Below are positions 28,951-37,371 of a DNA stretch of 64,000 bases, piece after piece; position 1 is the stretch's first letter, and each line of letters begins with the position of its first letter. The DNA comes from Nitrospira sp. GTDB taxonomy: Bacteria; Nitrospirota; Nitrospiria; Nitrospirales; Nitrospiraceae. Where the stretch lies: positions 2,592,001-2,656,000 of the forward strand of contig AP038806.1 in the NCBI GenBank assembly GCA_047150005.1, given 5' to 3'. Below the pieces are notes generated by a model, which saw only the letters and a program-made list of their open reading frames with translations, was not told the DNA's origin and did not search any database. A program made the translations under genes and the position numbers.

Positions 28951-31575
28951 ATGCCAGACTTGTGGTCCGTGCCTGGATCGCTGATCCTGGCCCATGTCCG
29001 CGAACGACCCATCCGAAACGTGCTCAGTATCGTCGGGGTCGCGCTTGGCGTACTGGCGTCCGTGTCGATCGGCACGGCCAACGTACACGTGCTTCAGTCC
29101 TTCGATCGGGCGGTCCGAGCGGTCTCCGGATCGGCCACGCTGGAGATCATCGGTCACGACCTGGGAGTGGACGAGGCGGTGATCAGGTCCGTGCGGAACC
29201 TGCCGGGTGTGGAGACCGCCGCTCCGTTTCTGGAGCAGGGGGTCGTCATGCAAACCGGAGAGCATCAAGGCGAGGTCCTGCAGGTGTTCGGTATAGACCT
29301 CTTGGCCGAGCTCGGCTCAGCAAACGGGAGATTTCTGGTCACTCATGAGGATCGTGAGCGGACCCTCGAGGACGTCGTCTCGGCAGAAGCCGTCTATCTG
29401 GGTCGATCATTGGCCGATTCGTGGCACCTCCATCCCGGCGGTTTCTTGGACGTGCAGGGCGGTGGACGGAATCTGCGCCTGAGGGTTGCGGGGGTGATCC
29501 AAGGAGCGGAGGGTACCGGATCCCTCTGGGACCGAGCGGCCGCCATGGACATCGCTGCGGCGCAGGTAAACTTTGCAGCGATCGGCCGGTTGGATCGCAT
29601 CGATATCGTCACCGAAGCGGGATGGAATGTCGATGATGTCGCGGCTTCGATCCGTGGCGTCCTGCCGCCGCATCTGGTCGTGCAACGGCCCGCGCAACGG
29701 TCGAAGCAGGTCGAGAATATGGTGCGCTCCTTCCAGCTCAATTTGACGGTGCTGAGCTGGGTCGGACTGCTCGTCGGAACGTTTCTTATCTACAACACGA
29801 TGGCCTTCGCCGTGACCCAGCGGCGGCGTGAGATCGGCATCTATCGCGCCCTCGGAATGGCGGAACGCCGGATCGCAGCGCTATTCCTTCTTGAAGGAGG
29901 ACTGCTGGGTTTCATCGGGGGCATGCTGGGCGGCATCGCAGGGGTGTGGGTGTCGCGGGCACTCATGACGCTGGTCAGCCGCACGATCTCGGACTTGTAT
30001 GTTCCGATTGGGGCGGGGGATCCGACGACCTGGCTGGATGCACAAACCGTCATGGCCGTGCTGAAGGGCACGGCGTTCGGAACGATGGTCGCGATGGCGG
30101 GCGCGTTGGCTCCGAGTCTGGAAGCTTCGCGAACGGTGACGGTCCGTGCCCTGGCGCCGGGAGACTACGAAGAAACTCAGCGAGTCCGGAGCCGGCGCTA
30201 TCTGGTTGTCAGCGTGCTGTTGCTGGTCTGCGCCGGGGTGCTGTCGCTGCCGGGACCAATCAACGGCCTTCCGTTGTTTGGATATCTCGCGACCCTGTGT
30301 CTTCTCGGATCGCTGGTCGCGCTGTCGCCCGTCTGTATTCAGGCGTTGGGACGCCATGAGGTGTCCCGGAGCAACGCGTCGCTTGCACTGGAAGGCGGGC
30401 TGCGCCGTATGGCTGCCGAACATGCCGCGCGACATCCGGGCCGCAATGCGGTGACGGTGTCGGCCTTGATGGTCGGACTCGCCATCATGATCGGGGTCGT
30501 GGTCATGGTTCGAAGCTTTCGCGAGACGGTGGAAACCTGGGTCAATGAAACGGTCATGGCCGACTTGATCGTGGCGCCGTTTGGTTGGCTGCAAGGGCAA
30601 CAGGTCGGTCATGCCGCACGCGCACTTCCAGATTCATTGGCTGCGGTACTGTCCTCTTTTGAAGGTGTGGCCGCGGTGGATACCTACCGGAACGTGCAGG
30701 TCGAGGTCGAAGGCCGGAGCGCCATGCTGGTGTCGCGGGATATGCGGATGCACGCGCAGCGGAGCCGTTACCTTCTCGTGCGGGGCGATTCGGCGGCCGC
30801 ATTGACTCGGGCCGCCGAATCCGGAGGGGTGCTCATCTCGGAAGTGCTGGCCGATCGGCTGGGCGTGCGGGAGGGAGGACGCGTGACGATTCGCACTCCT
30901 CAAGGCCCACGCAGCGTGCCGATCGAAGGAATTTTTTACGACTATGCGACGGACGGTGGCAAGATGGTGATGGATCGCGCCCCATACCAGCAACTCTGGA
31001 ACGATCACTCTGTGACGGTATTCGCCGTCTATCTTGGTACAGGAGTCGATAGCGAGACTGTCCGTGCCGCGATGGTCCGGGCCTTTGCCGGACGACAGGA
31101 TGGAGTCTTGCCGCCGATGGTGATCAAGAACAAGGAGTTGCGAAGGGAAATCCTCGACATTTTCGACCGGACCTTCATCCTGACCTATGTGCTGGAACTG
31201 ATCGCCGTGTTGGTGGCGGTGCTCGGAATTGTGAACACGCTGGTGACCGCCATCCTGGAGCGGCGGCGAGAGTTGGCCACCCTTCAGGCAATCGGGGCGA
31301 GCCGAAAGCAAGTTGAGCGGCTGGTGCTGTGGGAAGCGGTCTATCTCGGTTCGATCGGCGCAGTCTTGGGTGTGATCGGAGGGCTTGGCCTTGCCTGGAT
31401 TCTCATTACCGTCATCAATAAACAGTCCTTCGGGTGGACGATCCGCATGACCGTGCCGATCGAGGTGCTTGTGCAGGCCGTGACCATAGGAGTGGCCGCG
31501 GCATGGATCGCCGGCTACCTGCCGGCCCGATGGGCTGCGAGACAGTCGGCAGTGGAGGGACTAAGGCAGGAATAG
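28951..31575 (+). CDS. FtsX-like ABC permease (duplicated domains)
   Basis: Two FtsX/MacB repeats (QRRREIGIYRALG; ERRRELATLQAIG). Confidence 0.88.
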   Translation: MPDLWSVPGSLILAHVRERPIRNVLSIVGVALGVLASVSIGTANVHVLQSFDRAVRAVSGSATLEIIGHDLGVDEAVIRSVRNLPGVETAAPFLEQGVVMQTGEHQGEVLQVFGIDLLAELGSANGRFLVTHEDRERTLEDVVSAEAVYLGRSLADSWHLHPGGFLDVQGGGRNLRLRVAGVIQGAEGTGSLWDRAAAMDIAAAQVNFAAIGRLDRIDIVTEAGWNVDDVAASIRGVLPPHLVVQRPAQRSKQVENMVRSFQLNLTVLSWVGLLVGTFLIYNTMAFAVTQRRREIGIYRALGMAERRIAALFLLEGGLLGFIGGMLGGIAGVWVSRALMTLVSRTISDLYVPIGAGDPTTWLDAQTVMAVLKGTAFGTMVAMAGALAPSLEASRTVTVRALAPGDYEETQRVRSRRYLVVSVLLLVCAGVLSLPGPINGLPLFGYLATLCLLGSLVALSPVCIQALGRHEVSRSNASLALEGGLRRMAAEHAARHPGRNAVTVSALMVGLAIMIGVVVMVRSFRETVETWVNETVMADLIVAPFGWLQGQQVGHAARALPDSLAAVLSSFEGVAAVDTYRNVQVEVEGRSAMLVSRDMRMHAQRSRYLLVRGDSAAALTRAAESGGVLISEVLADRLGVREGGRVTIRTPQGPRSVPIEGIFYDYATDGGKMVMDRAPYQQLWNDHSVTVFAVYLGTGVDSETVRAAMVRAFAGRQDGVLPPMVIKNKELRREILDIFDRTFILTYVLELIAVLVAVLGIVNTLVTAILERRRELATLQAIGASRKQVERLVLWEAVYLGSIGAVLGVIGGLGLAWILITVINKQSFGWTIRMTVPIEVLVQAVTIGVAAAWIAGYLPARWAARQSAVEGLRQE

Positions 31576-31835
31576 CCTAGGAGTTGGAAGAGCGGGCATT
31601 CAAGTTCCCGATTCTTCCCTCCGGGGCAGTGAATGAGGTGAGCTGGCGGGTCTGGGCGGTGGAGGCTCAATCCAGGCCATCCTGGTGAGGAAAGAGTGAG
31701 CAAGCTTGACCAGGATTAACGGTTCCTGACACTGTTTTCTTCGCCCATGGGGTCGTAATGCCGATCAAGCCCAGCCCTCACAGCCGCGACAATGCTCTCA
31801 CCCTTCGACCCGCAGGCCGCGACCGTCAAGAGCCG

Positions 31836-32021
31836 TTATGGTTTCGGAACATCGAGATCTTTGCAAATCTTCTGAGCAAGAAAGTCGTTGATCTCTCGGT
31901 GGCGTGGAACTGTGGAGGTCTTACCGGCAGCGCGATTGACGTAGACGCTATGACTGCCGCCTTCCCGTAGAAACTGAACGCCATGGCGTTCGAGGTGGCG
32001 GATCAGATCGATCCGCTTCAT
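31836..32021 (-). CDS. hicA: HicA-family toxin
   Basis: REGGSH, VPRHREI. Confidence 0.9.
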   Translation of the reverse strand: MKRIDLIRHLERHGVQFLREGGSHSVYVNRAAGKTSTVPRHREINDFLAQKICKDLDVPKP

Positions 32022-32239
32022 GAGATCGAGGCGAGTGGCTCTCGGATCACCGTCTTGTTACGAAGTGCCTCTTGGGCGAGTGCACGGTTCGATTCGAGAA
32101 CTAACTGAACGGCTTCCTGAAGATTGGCGCGGGCTTCAGCAAGCGTATCGCCCTGGCTATTGGCCCCAGGCAGTTCTTCGACAAACGCGATGTATCCTTC
32201 AGGCACCTGTTGAAAAACCGCAGTCAGTTGTTCCTTCAT
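32018..32239 (-). CDS. hicB: HicB-family antitoxin (short form)
   Basis: ELPGANSQGDTLAEARANLQEA; ATGA overlap with hicA. Confidence 0.9.
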   Translation of the reverse strand: MKEQLTAVFQQVPEGYIAFVEELPGANSQGDTLAEARANLQEAVQLVLESNRALAQEALRNKTVIREPLASIS

Positions 32240-32301
32240 GGGAGCGATCTCCTTGAAAGAGCAGTATAGCAGAACGACCGCCTGAAACCACACTCACGAT
32301 C

Positions 32302-32364
32302 TTACAATTCGCCTTGGAACGCGCGGTGGAAAAGGGAGGCGGAGAGGTCGTCGAGGCGGCGGCG
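32302..32364 (-). repeat. hsdS 3'-end remnant (short copy)
   Basis: Encodes RRRLDDLSASLFHRAFQGEL*, near-identical to the hsdS C-terminus. Confidence 0.88.
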
Positions 32365-32387
32365 AGGTTGATGGAGAAACGGTTGGT

Positions 32388-32588
32388 CTAGCGGCCGTGT
32401 TTGGCGATGAGTTCTCTGACGGCAGGAACGAGTTCGCTCGGAATTTCCATAACAGTTTGAGTCCTGTCTTCGACGGCCGCCTCGTCTTCAGCCACCGCCT
32501 CTTCCCCAGTCTGTTCCTCATAATGCGCCAACACGCGACGAACTCTGGCTTCATCCCAGCCCGGAGGGAACTTGCTCTGTGTGGTCAT
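32388..32588 (-). CDS. Putative antitoxin partner
   Basis: 66 aa FPPGWDEARVRRVLAHYE; ATGA-coupled to the upstream toxin-like gene. Confidence 0.65.
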   Translation of the reverse strand: MTTQSKFPPGWDEARVRRVLAHYEEQTGEEAVAEDEAAVEDRTQTVMEIPSELVPAVRELIAKHGR

Positions 32589-32866
32589 GACTTTTTTCTC
32601 CGTCGTCTCCGATAGGCCATCAGCGGCTTGCCGGCCAACTGATAGGCCGTAATGACGAATATACTATCAGGTTCAGGGTCGGGAGCATAGATCACTCGCA
32701 AGTAGCGACCTGCCAGAGTTTGGCCCATGGCAACTCGCGATCCTTCTCGCCCAGGACGATCTTCTCCAGGTGCTCTTAAGACCTCTTCTACTTCTTCCTC
32801 GTTCACTGCATGACCATATATGTGCGGCAGGCCAGTTTCCGAGTCTAGATAGAAACGGATCTTCAT
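32585..32866 (-). CDS. BrnT/DUF4258-like (RelE-fold) toxin
   Basis: H.V.EEEVEEVL...GQTLAGRYLRVIY...VITAY. Confidence 0.7.
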   Translation of the reverse strand: MKIRFYLDSETGLPHIYGHAVNEEEVEEVLRAPGEDRPGREGSRVAMGQTLAGRYLRVIYAPDPEPDSIFVITAYQLAGKPLMAYRRRRRKKS

Positions 32867-32874
32867 CTCTTATC

Positions 32875-32990
32875 TTATAGCTCCCCCTCGAACGCGCGGT
32901 GGAGGAGGGAGGCGGAGAGGTCGTCGAGGCGACGGCGGGAGACGGCTTGCGGGGTTTCCATGGTCCGGATCTCGGCGACGCGGGCGGCGA
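32875..32990 (-). repeat. hsdS 3'-end remnant (long copy)
   Basis: Encodes AARVAEIRTMETPQAVSRRRLDDLSASLLHRAFEGEL*, versus hsdS ATRIAEMRAMETQQAASRRRLDDLFASLLQRAFQGEL*. Confidence 0.9.
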
Positions 32991-33043
32991 GATTGTATCG
33001 GAATAACTGTGCCATCCTCTTCCTCTTCATGCTATAGTAGCGT

Positions 33044-33247
33044 ATGTTAAAGCGTTCGCTTACCACAACGAATCCCTATCTCACCAATCCTGCGAAACGC
33101 CGCGCCATGTTCGAGATGACCGTCTACACCTCCGCGGATATCGAGGGAGTGAAACTCACTTCATCCGACTTGTTCGCGAACACGAGAGTCTCCCGTCGCG
33201 CTACTGCTCCCCGTGAATCTGCGAAGTCCTCCGGATCACGGCGCTGA
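33044..33247 (+). CDS. Putative Fic antitoxin
   Basis: SADIEG matches the (S/T)xxxE(G/N) inhibitory motif; extended -10 TGCTATAGT 5 nt upstream. Confidence 0.6.
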   Translation: MLKRSLTTTNPYLTNPAKRRAMFEMTVYTSADIEGVKLTSSDLFANTRVSRRATAPRESAKSSGSRR

Positions 33248-33854
33248 ACAATTCCGCCATCGGGTCGTAATTCCGATCAAGCCCGGCCCGCACCGCCGCG
33301 AAGTACCGTTCCCGTGATCGTCCCGATAGCTTGTCGAAATAGAGCGCAGGCAGCCCTGCTTGCAGTCCCATCAACACCGCAAGGATGCGCGCCACTCTTC
33401 CATTGCCTTCCCTGAAGGGATGGATCAGCACCAATTCTACATGTACTTCTGCGAGAGCTGCGGCGAGTGTTTCAATTGAAGCGGAGCGACAGGGCGTGTG
33501 ACGCGCGAGAGGACCTTCTTCCAATCCCGCCATCAGTTTAGGAACCTGTGCTGCCGCAGCAAACGAGAAGGCATCTTTCTTCACGTTCACATGACGATAC
33601 TTCCCTGCCCAGGAATAGATTCGCCCCAACCAGCATCGATGAATGTGGCAGATATCAGCAGCAGTGAATCGGTGATCGTCTTCGTAGAAACTTGCCAGCT
33701 CTTCGAGCGCTCGCACTTGCTCGCGCCCCTCTGTGCGATCCATCTCGCGCTTGCTGGTGACACCAAGTAAGTTCTTGAGCACGCGTCCGCGAGAGCCAGG
33801 CTCTTGCTGGTGCTCCTCAAAGTCCGACGCATCGTAGCGATCCTTACGCTTCAG
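33201..33854 (-). CDS. Fic-family protein
   Basis: HPFREGNGR motif. Frame extends upstream of GTG 33782 (KRKDRYDAS...EPGSRGRVLKN) to CTG at 33854. Confidence 0.9.
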   Translation of the reverse strand: MKRKDRYDASDFEEHQQEPGSRGRVLKNLLGVTSKREMDRTEGREQVRALEELASFYEDDHRFTAADICHIHRCWLGRIYSWAGKYRHVNVKKDAFSFAAAAQVPKLMAGLEEGPLARHTPCRSASIETLAAALAEVHVELVLIHPFREGNGRVARILAVLMGLQAGLPALYFDKLSGRSRERYFAAVRAGLDRNYDPMAELFSAVIRRTSQIHGEQ

Positions 33855-33869
33855 AGTTCATCCTCACTT

Positions 33870-35015
33870 TCATAACTCGCCTTGGAACGCGCGTTGGAGG
33901 AGGGAGGCGAAGAGATCGTCGAGGCGGCGGCGGGAGGCGGCTTGCTGGGTTTCCATCGCCCGCATCTCGGCGATGCGGGTGGCGAATTCTTTTTGGAGTC
34001 GCAACTCAGGCAATGGAATCTTGAGCGGCTTGAGGATTGCCAGATTTATGTTTGCACGAGCGGTCGCGGGAGCCTGGGACAGAAATAAGGGTCGCCAATG
34101 GCGCAGGACACTCCAGATATACTCGGGTATGGTCTTATGGGAGTTAGCTTGAATTCCCACAACACTATCGGTACAGAAAACAGGAACACCTAGAATAGCT
34201 GTCTCTCCTATTGTCGCTCCTACGATAGCAATGACGACAGTTCCTGCAGGAAACTGTTTGCTCACCTTGGTTCCCCTCTTATTCAAAGTCTGCTTCCAAC
34301 ACGTAAGCAATCCATCGCTCTGTGCAATATCGCCTGTTTGAATGAATGGATGTTCCCCGCCGTAGTAGGACGGATCATTCCGTGGGCGAGGCGTGAACTT
34401 TCCACGTTCGACTGACGCAATCTGTTCGAGCGATACCATCGGCAACCTTTTTGAGTTGGTAATTGGGTCGCCGAACATGTCGTGGAAGAGAGCGGGAATG
34501 AGGCCGGCGGTGCGGCGGTCGGCTTGCGCGCGCAGCTTCCGCAGCTCGTCCGCGTCGTCCAGGATGCGAACAATTCGCTCCTGCTCTGGCAAAGGGGGTA
34601 CGGGAAGTTCCAATCGCTCAAGGTCGTTGCGATTAATCGCTGTGAAGGTACTGCCAACGCCGCGAGCAGCAATATCAGCCTCGAATCGCTTCAGGTAGTA
34701 ACGAACATATCGCTGATGGCACTTTCTTGGATCACTCCGAAGGGCAGCAAGCCCGCGCCCAATGCAGCAACGTTCTGTTGCAAAATTGGTTGGCCCTACG
34801 GGGGCGCGGACCGAAAGAAGAATGTCGCCAGCATCCGCGATACGCGACGGCCGACTGCACCATTTGACCTTTACAGGATGATCTTCGCCAAATTCTGCTT
34901 TACCCTGAAAGAAAGGCAAGCCAACTCCTTCGGCGTTATAAGTTTCGCCGGGTGGCGACTGTCCCATGTGGATGGTAACGATTTCGCCAAGCTTATTTGT
35001 CGGCCAGCGTTTCAT
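33870..35015 (-). CDS. hsdS: Type I R-M specificity subunit
   Basis: Two TRDs separated by a conserved helix (PPLPEQERIV...MFGDP); C-terminal LLQRAFQGEL. Confidence 0.93.
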   Translation of the reverse strand: MKRWPTNKLGEIVTIHMGQSPPGETYNAEGVGLPFFQGKAEFGEDHPVKVKWCSRPSRIADAGDILLSVRAPVGPTNFATERCCIGRGLAALRSDPRKCHQRYVRYYLKRFEADIAARGVGSTFTAINRNDLERLELPVPPLPEQERIVRILDDADELRKLRAQADRRTAGLIPALFHDMFGDPITNSKRLPMVSLEQIASVERGKFTPRPRNDPSYYGGEHPFIQTGDIAQSDGLLTCWKQTLNKRGTKVSKQFPAGTVVIAIVGATIGETAILGVPVFCTDSVVGIQANSHKTIPEYIWSVLRHWRPLFLSQAPATARANINLAILKPLKIPLPELRLQKEFATRIAEMRAMETQQAASRRRLDDLFASLLQRAFQGEL

Positions 35016-36583
35016 TTTTTCCTGCTCGACTCCCGCCCCTCACCCTCGCCCTCTCCCCTCCGAGAGGCGAGGGAATCCAGGAGTTCGTTGCCCCGTTTCA
35101 AGATGTCCCTTTCGAGTGTGAGCACTTCCTTCAGGATGTCGCTGGGTTGATCGTGGTTCACGGCTTCGGTGGTTACTGGCTTGTAGCGGCCCGCGGCGAG
35201 GCTCCAGTCGTTCTGGCGAATCTTTTCGATCGGCACGAGATAGGAGTTCGAGCCTTCTTCCTGCTTCTGCCACTTCGCGAGCAAGTCTGGAATATCATTC
35301 GCTTCGATCGGCGTACGTTTGTCGTCGAGGCTGTAGCCATCGGCTGTGAGGTCATAGAACCAGACGGATTGAGTCGCCCCCTCACCCTGCCCTCTCCCCC
35401 GAAGGGAGAGGGTTGAAGAAGCTTTCTCGAAGATCAAGGCGGCGGTGCTGACGCCGGAGTAGGGTTTGAAGACACCGGAGGGCATGTTAACGACAGCTTG
35501 GAGATCGCATTCAGTCAACAGCAACTCACGGACTTTCGTGGCCGCTTTGTTGCCGCCGAACAGCACGCCGGCCGGAACGATGACTCCCGCGCGGCCGCCC
35601 GGCGTGAGGTGATCGATGAACCATTTGACGAAGAGCAGTTCTGTATCGCGTGTGGGCAGGTTAATATCGGCGAGGATGCTTTCTTTTTGAATCTTTCCGG
35701 CGAAGGGCGGATTGGCAAGGATCACGTCGAACGATTCGCCGTAGTGCCGGCTGTCCGTCAGCGGATTGTAGAGTTCGATGTGAGCCTTGGCCAGGGCGTG
35801 CAGATACAGATTCAGAATCGCGATCTTCACCATGTTCGCGTCGTTGTCGTAGCCGGTGAAGGCGCGCTCCTCGAGAAACTTCCACTGGCGCGGCTCCAGC
35901 TTTTGACCGTCCACGATGCCTTTCGCGAGCGAGGTCTTGCTGGTGTAGTTTCTCAGAATGTGTTGATAGGCCGTGATGAGAAAGCCGGCGGTGCCGCAGG
36001 CCGGATCACAGATGCGCCGACCCGGCTGCGGGTCTACGAGCGAGACGATCATCTGAATGATGTGGCGTGGGGTCCTGAACTGGCCGTTGGTGCCTGATAG
36101 GGCGAGCTTGCTGAGGAGGTACTCATACATGTCGCCCTTGAGGTCGTGGCCTTCGTGTGATGCGAGGCCCATTTCCTGAATCGCCTGGATGACGGCGCGG
36201 AGGGTCGGGCGGTCGTAGACTTTGAGTGTGGCGCGGTTGAAGAGGAGCTTGCCGGTGTCGCTGAGCCCAGGCAGTTCGTACAAGCTTTCGATGGCGGAAC
36301 GCACAGCGTCGAAGAGCTGATCGCCCGTGAGCGTGACGAAGTTCCCCCAGGCATAGCGCGCAAACTTGCCGCTGAACCGCTTGGCGTATTTCTTATCCAG
36401 CCGCGCAAGCCGCTCGTCGTCTTCCGTGAGCAGCCGCAGGAAGAGCAGATAGGAAATCTGCTCGATGGAGTCCATCGGATTGTTGACGCCGCCCGCCCAC
36501 AGAATGTCCATGAGCTGATCGACCTTCTGCCGCAGGCCGGAAGAGTGAAAGTTACCGTTGGTCGCTGTTGTGCTGTTGGCCAT
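35012..36583 (-). CDS. hsdM: Type I R-M N6-adenine methyltransferase
   Basis: GQFRTPRH, DPACGTAGFL, NPPF, PSGVFKPY; TAATG coupling at 36583. Confidence 0.95.
   Translation of the reverse strand: MANSTTATNGNFHSSGLRQKVDQLMDILWAGGVNNPMDSIEQISYLLFLRLLTEDDERLARLDKKYAKRFSGKFARYAWGNFVTLTGDQLFDAVRSAIESLYELPGLSDTGKLLFNRATLKVYDRPTLRAVIQAIQEMGLASHEGHDLKGDMYEYLLSKLALSGTNGQFRTPRHIIQMIVSLVDPQPGRRICDPACGTAGFLITAYQHILRNYTSKTSLAKGIVDGQKLEPRQWKFLEERAFTGYDNDANMVKIAILNLYLHALAKAHIELYNPLTDSRHYGESFDVILANPPFAGKIQKESILADINLPTRDTELLFVKWFIDHLTPGGRAGVIVPAGVLFGGNKAATKVRELLLTECDLQAVVNMPSGVFKPYSGVSTAALIFEKASSTLSLRGRGQGEGATQSVWFYDLTADGYSLDDKRTPIEANDIPDLLAKWQKQEEGSNSYLVPIEKIRQNDWSLAAGRYKPVTTEAVNHDQPSDILKEVLTLERDILKRGNELLDSLASRRGEGEGEGRESSRKK
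35036..35074 (+). repeat. REP-like palindromic repeat within hsdM 3' end
   Basis: CCCCTCACCCTCGCCCTCTCCCCTCCGAGAGGCGAGGGA. Confidence 0.8.
35377..35412 (+). repeat. REP-like palindromic repeat, in-frame within hsdM
   Basis: CCCCCTCACCCTGCCCTCTCCCCCGAAGGGAGAGGG. Confidence 0.8.
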
Positions 36584-36909
36584 TAGGCGGACTTCAAGCG
36601 GCGGGTGGCGGGAACGAACCGAATCTCCACGCGCCGATTGAGGGCGGCGGCGATGCGGTGCAGCATGTTCAACGAATGGCCCTCGTAGTCGGCGCTTTCG
36701 AGCCGGCAAATGACGGAGGCCGTGGTGCCCACTAGCTTGGCGAGTTGTCGCTGACTGACGCCGGCTTCTTCCCGCAGCGCAGCGATCTTCCGGGCCACGG
36801 CATCGTCGGCGCGCGCCTCTTCAAGAGCGGCGAGGCGATCAGGCTTCCCTTCGTAATAGCGGCGATGGAGAATTTCCACTGCGTGGGTCGATCTTTTGTT
36901 CCTGGGCAT
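36583..36909 (-). CDS. XRE-family HTH protein (HigA-like)
   Basis: LREEAGVSQRQLAKLVGTTASVICRLE. Confidence 0.88.
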   Translation of the reverse strand: MPRNKRSTHAVEILHRRYYEGKPDRLAALEEARADDAVARKIAALREEAGVSQRQLAKLVGTTASVICRLESADYEGHSLNMLHRIAAALNRRVEIRFVPATRRLKSA

Positions 36910-36913
36910 CGTC

Positions 36914-37324
36914 TTACCTTTCGAGATTGTGCTCCATCTTCACCCTCGCCATTTTAGGGAGAGGGTTGGGGTGAGGGTGGCTCGCAGCATCCGCAATATG
37001 CTGAAGAACTGCATCAGGGTCGGTCAATACCTCATGGTTCCAGTACCGCAAGACATGATAACCCTCTCGGATGAAGAACGCAGTCCGTCGTTGGTCGGCT
37101 GAAGTCTGATCAGCGTGCTGTCCGCCGTCAAGCTCCACCACGAGATACTTCTCTGGGCAACAGAAGTCCACAATGTACGGGCCGATGGGATGTTGGCGAC
37201 GAAACTTCAAACTTATGAGGCGCCGAGCGCGTAACCGCATCCAGAGCAATCGTTCTGCGTCGGTTTGGTCGCACCGAAGCTGTCTTGCTCGGTCTCGATG
37301 AGTTTTAGATTGCTTCGGCCCCAC
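36914..37324 (-). CDS. DUF559 / Vsr-like endonuclease
   Basis: ARQLR..QTDAERLLW, FRRQHPIGPYIVDF, VELDGGQH, GYHVLRYWN. Confidence 0.9.
   Translation of the reverse strand: MGPKQSKTHRDRARQLRCDQTDAERLLWMRLRARRLISLKFRRQHPIGPYIVDFCCPEKYLVVELDGGQHADQTSADQRRTAFFIREGYHVLRYWNHEVLTDPDAVLQHIADAASHPHPNPLPKMARVKMEHNLER
36943..36977 (-). repeat. REP-like palindromic repeat at DUF559 3' end
   Basis: Minus strand CCCTCACCCCAACCCTCTCCCTAAAATGGCGAGGG. Confidence 0.8.
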
Positions 37325-37326
37325 TG

Positions 37327-37363
37327 CCCCCTCACCCTTCCCTCTCCCCTAAGGGGCGAGGGG
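37327..37363 (+). repeat. REP-like palindromic repeat at DUF559 5' end
   Basis: CCCCCTCACCCTTCCCTCTCCCCTAAGGGGCGAGGGG. Confidence 0.8.
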
Positions 37364-37371
37364 AAGCCCGC

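Noticed and set aside
32875..33066. 63-aa ORF as an independent gene
   Set aside because: Its C-terminal half is the hsdS remnant and its 5' part overlaps the antitoxin promoter and start; treated as a remnant.
32302..33985. Spaced direct repeats as a CRISPR array or attC sites
   Set aside because: They are protein-coding hsdS ends 0.5-1 kb apart, not palindromic, with no cas genes and no RYYYAAC/GTTRRRY ends.
36584..36709. N-terminal extension of hsdM in the ORF track
   Set aside because: Overlaps the HTH gene; the ATG at 36583 with TAATG coupling is more plausible.
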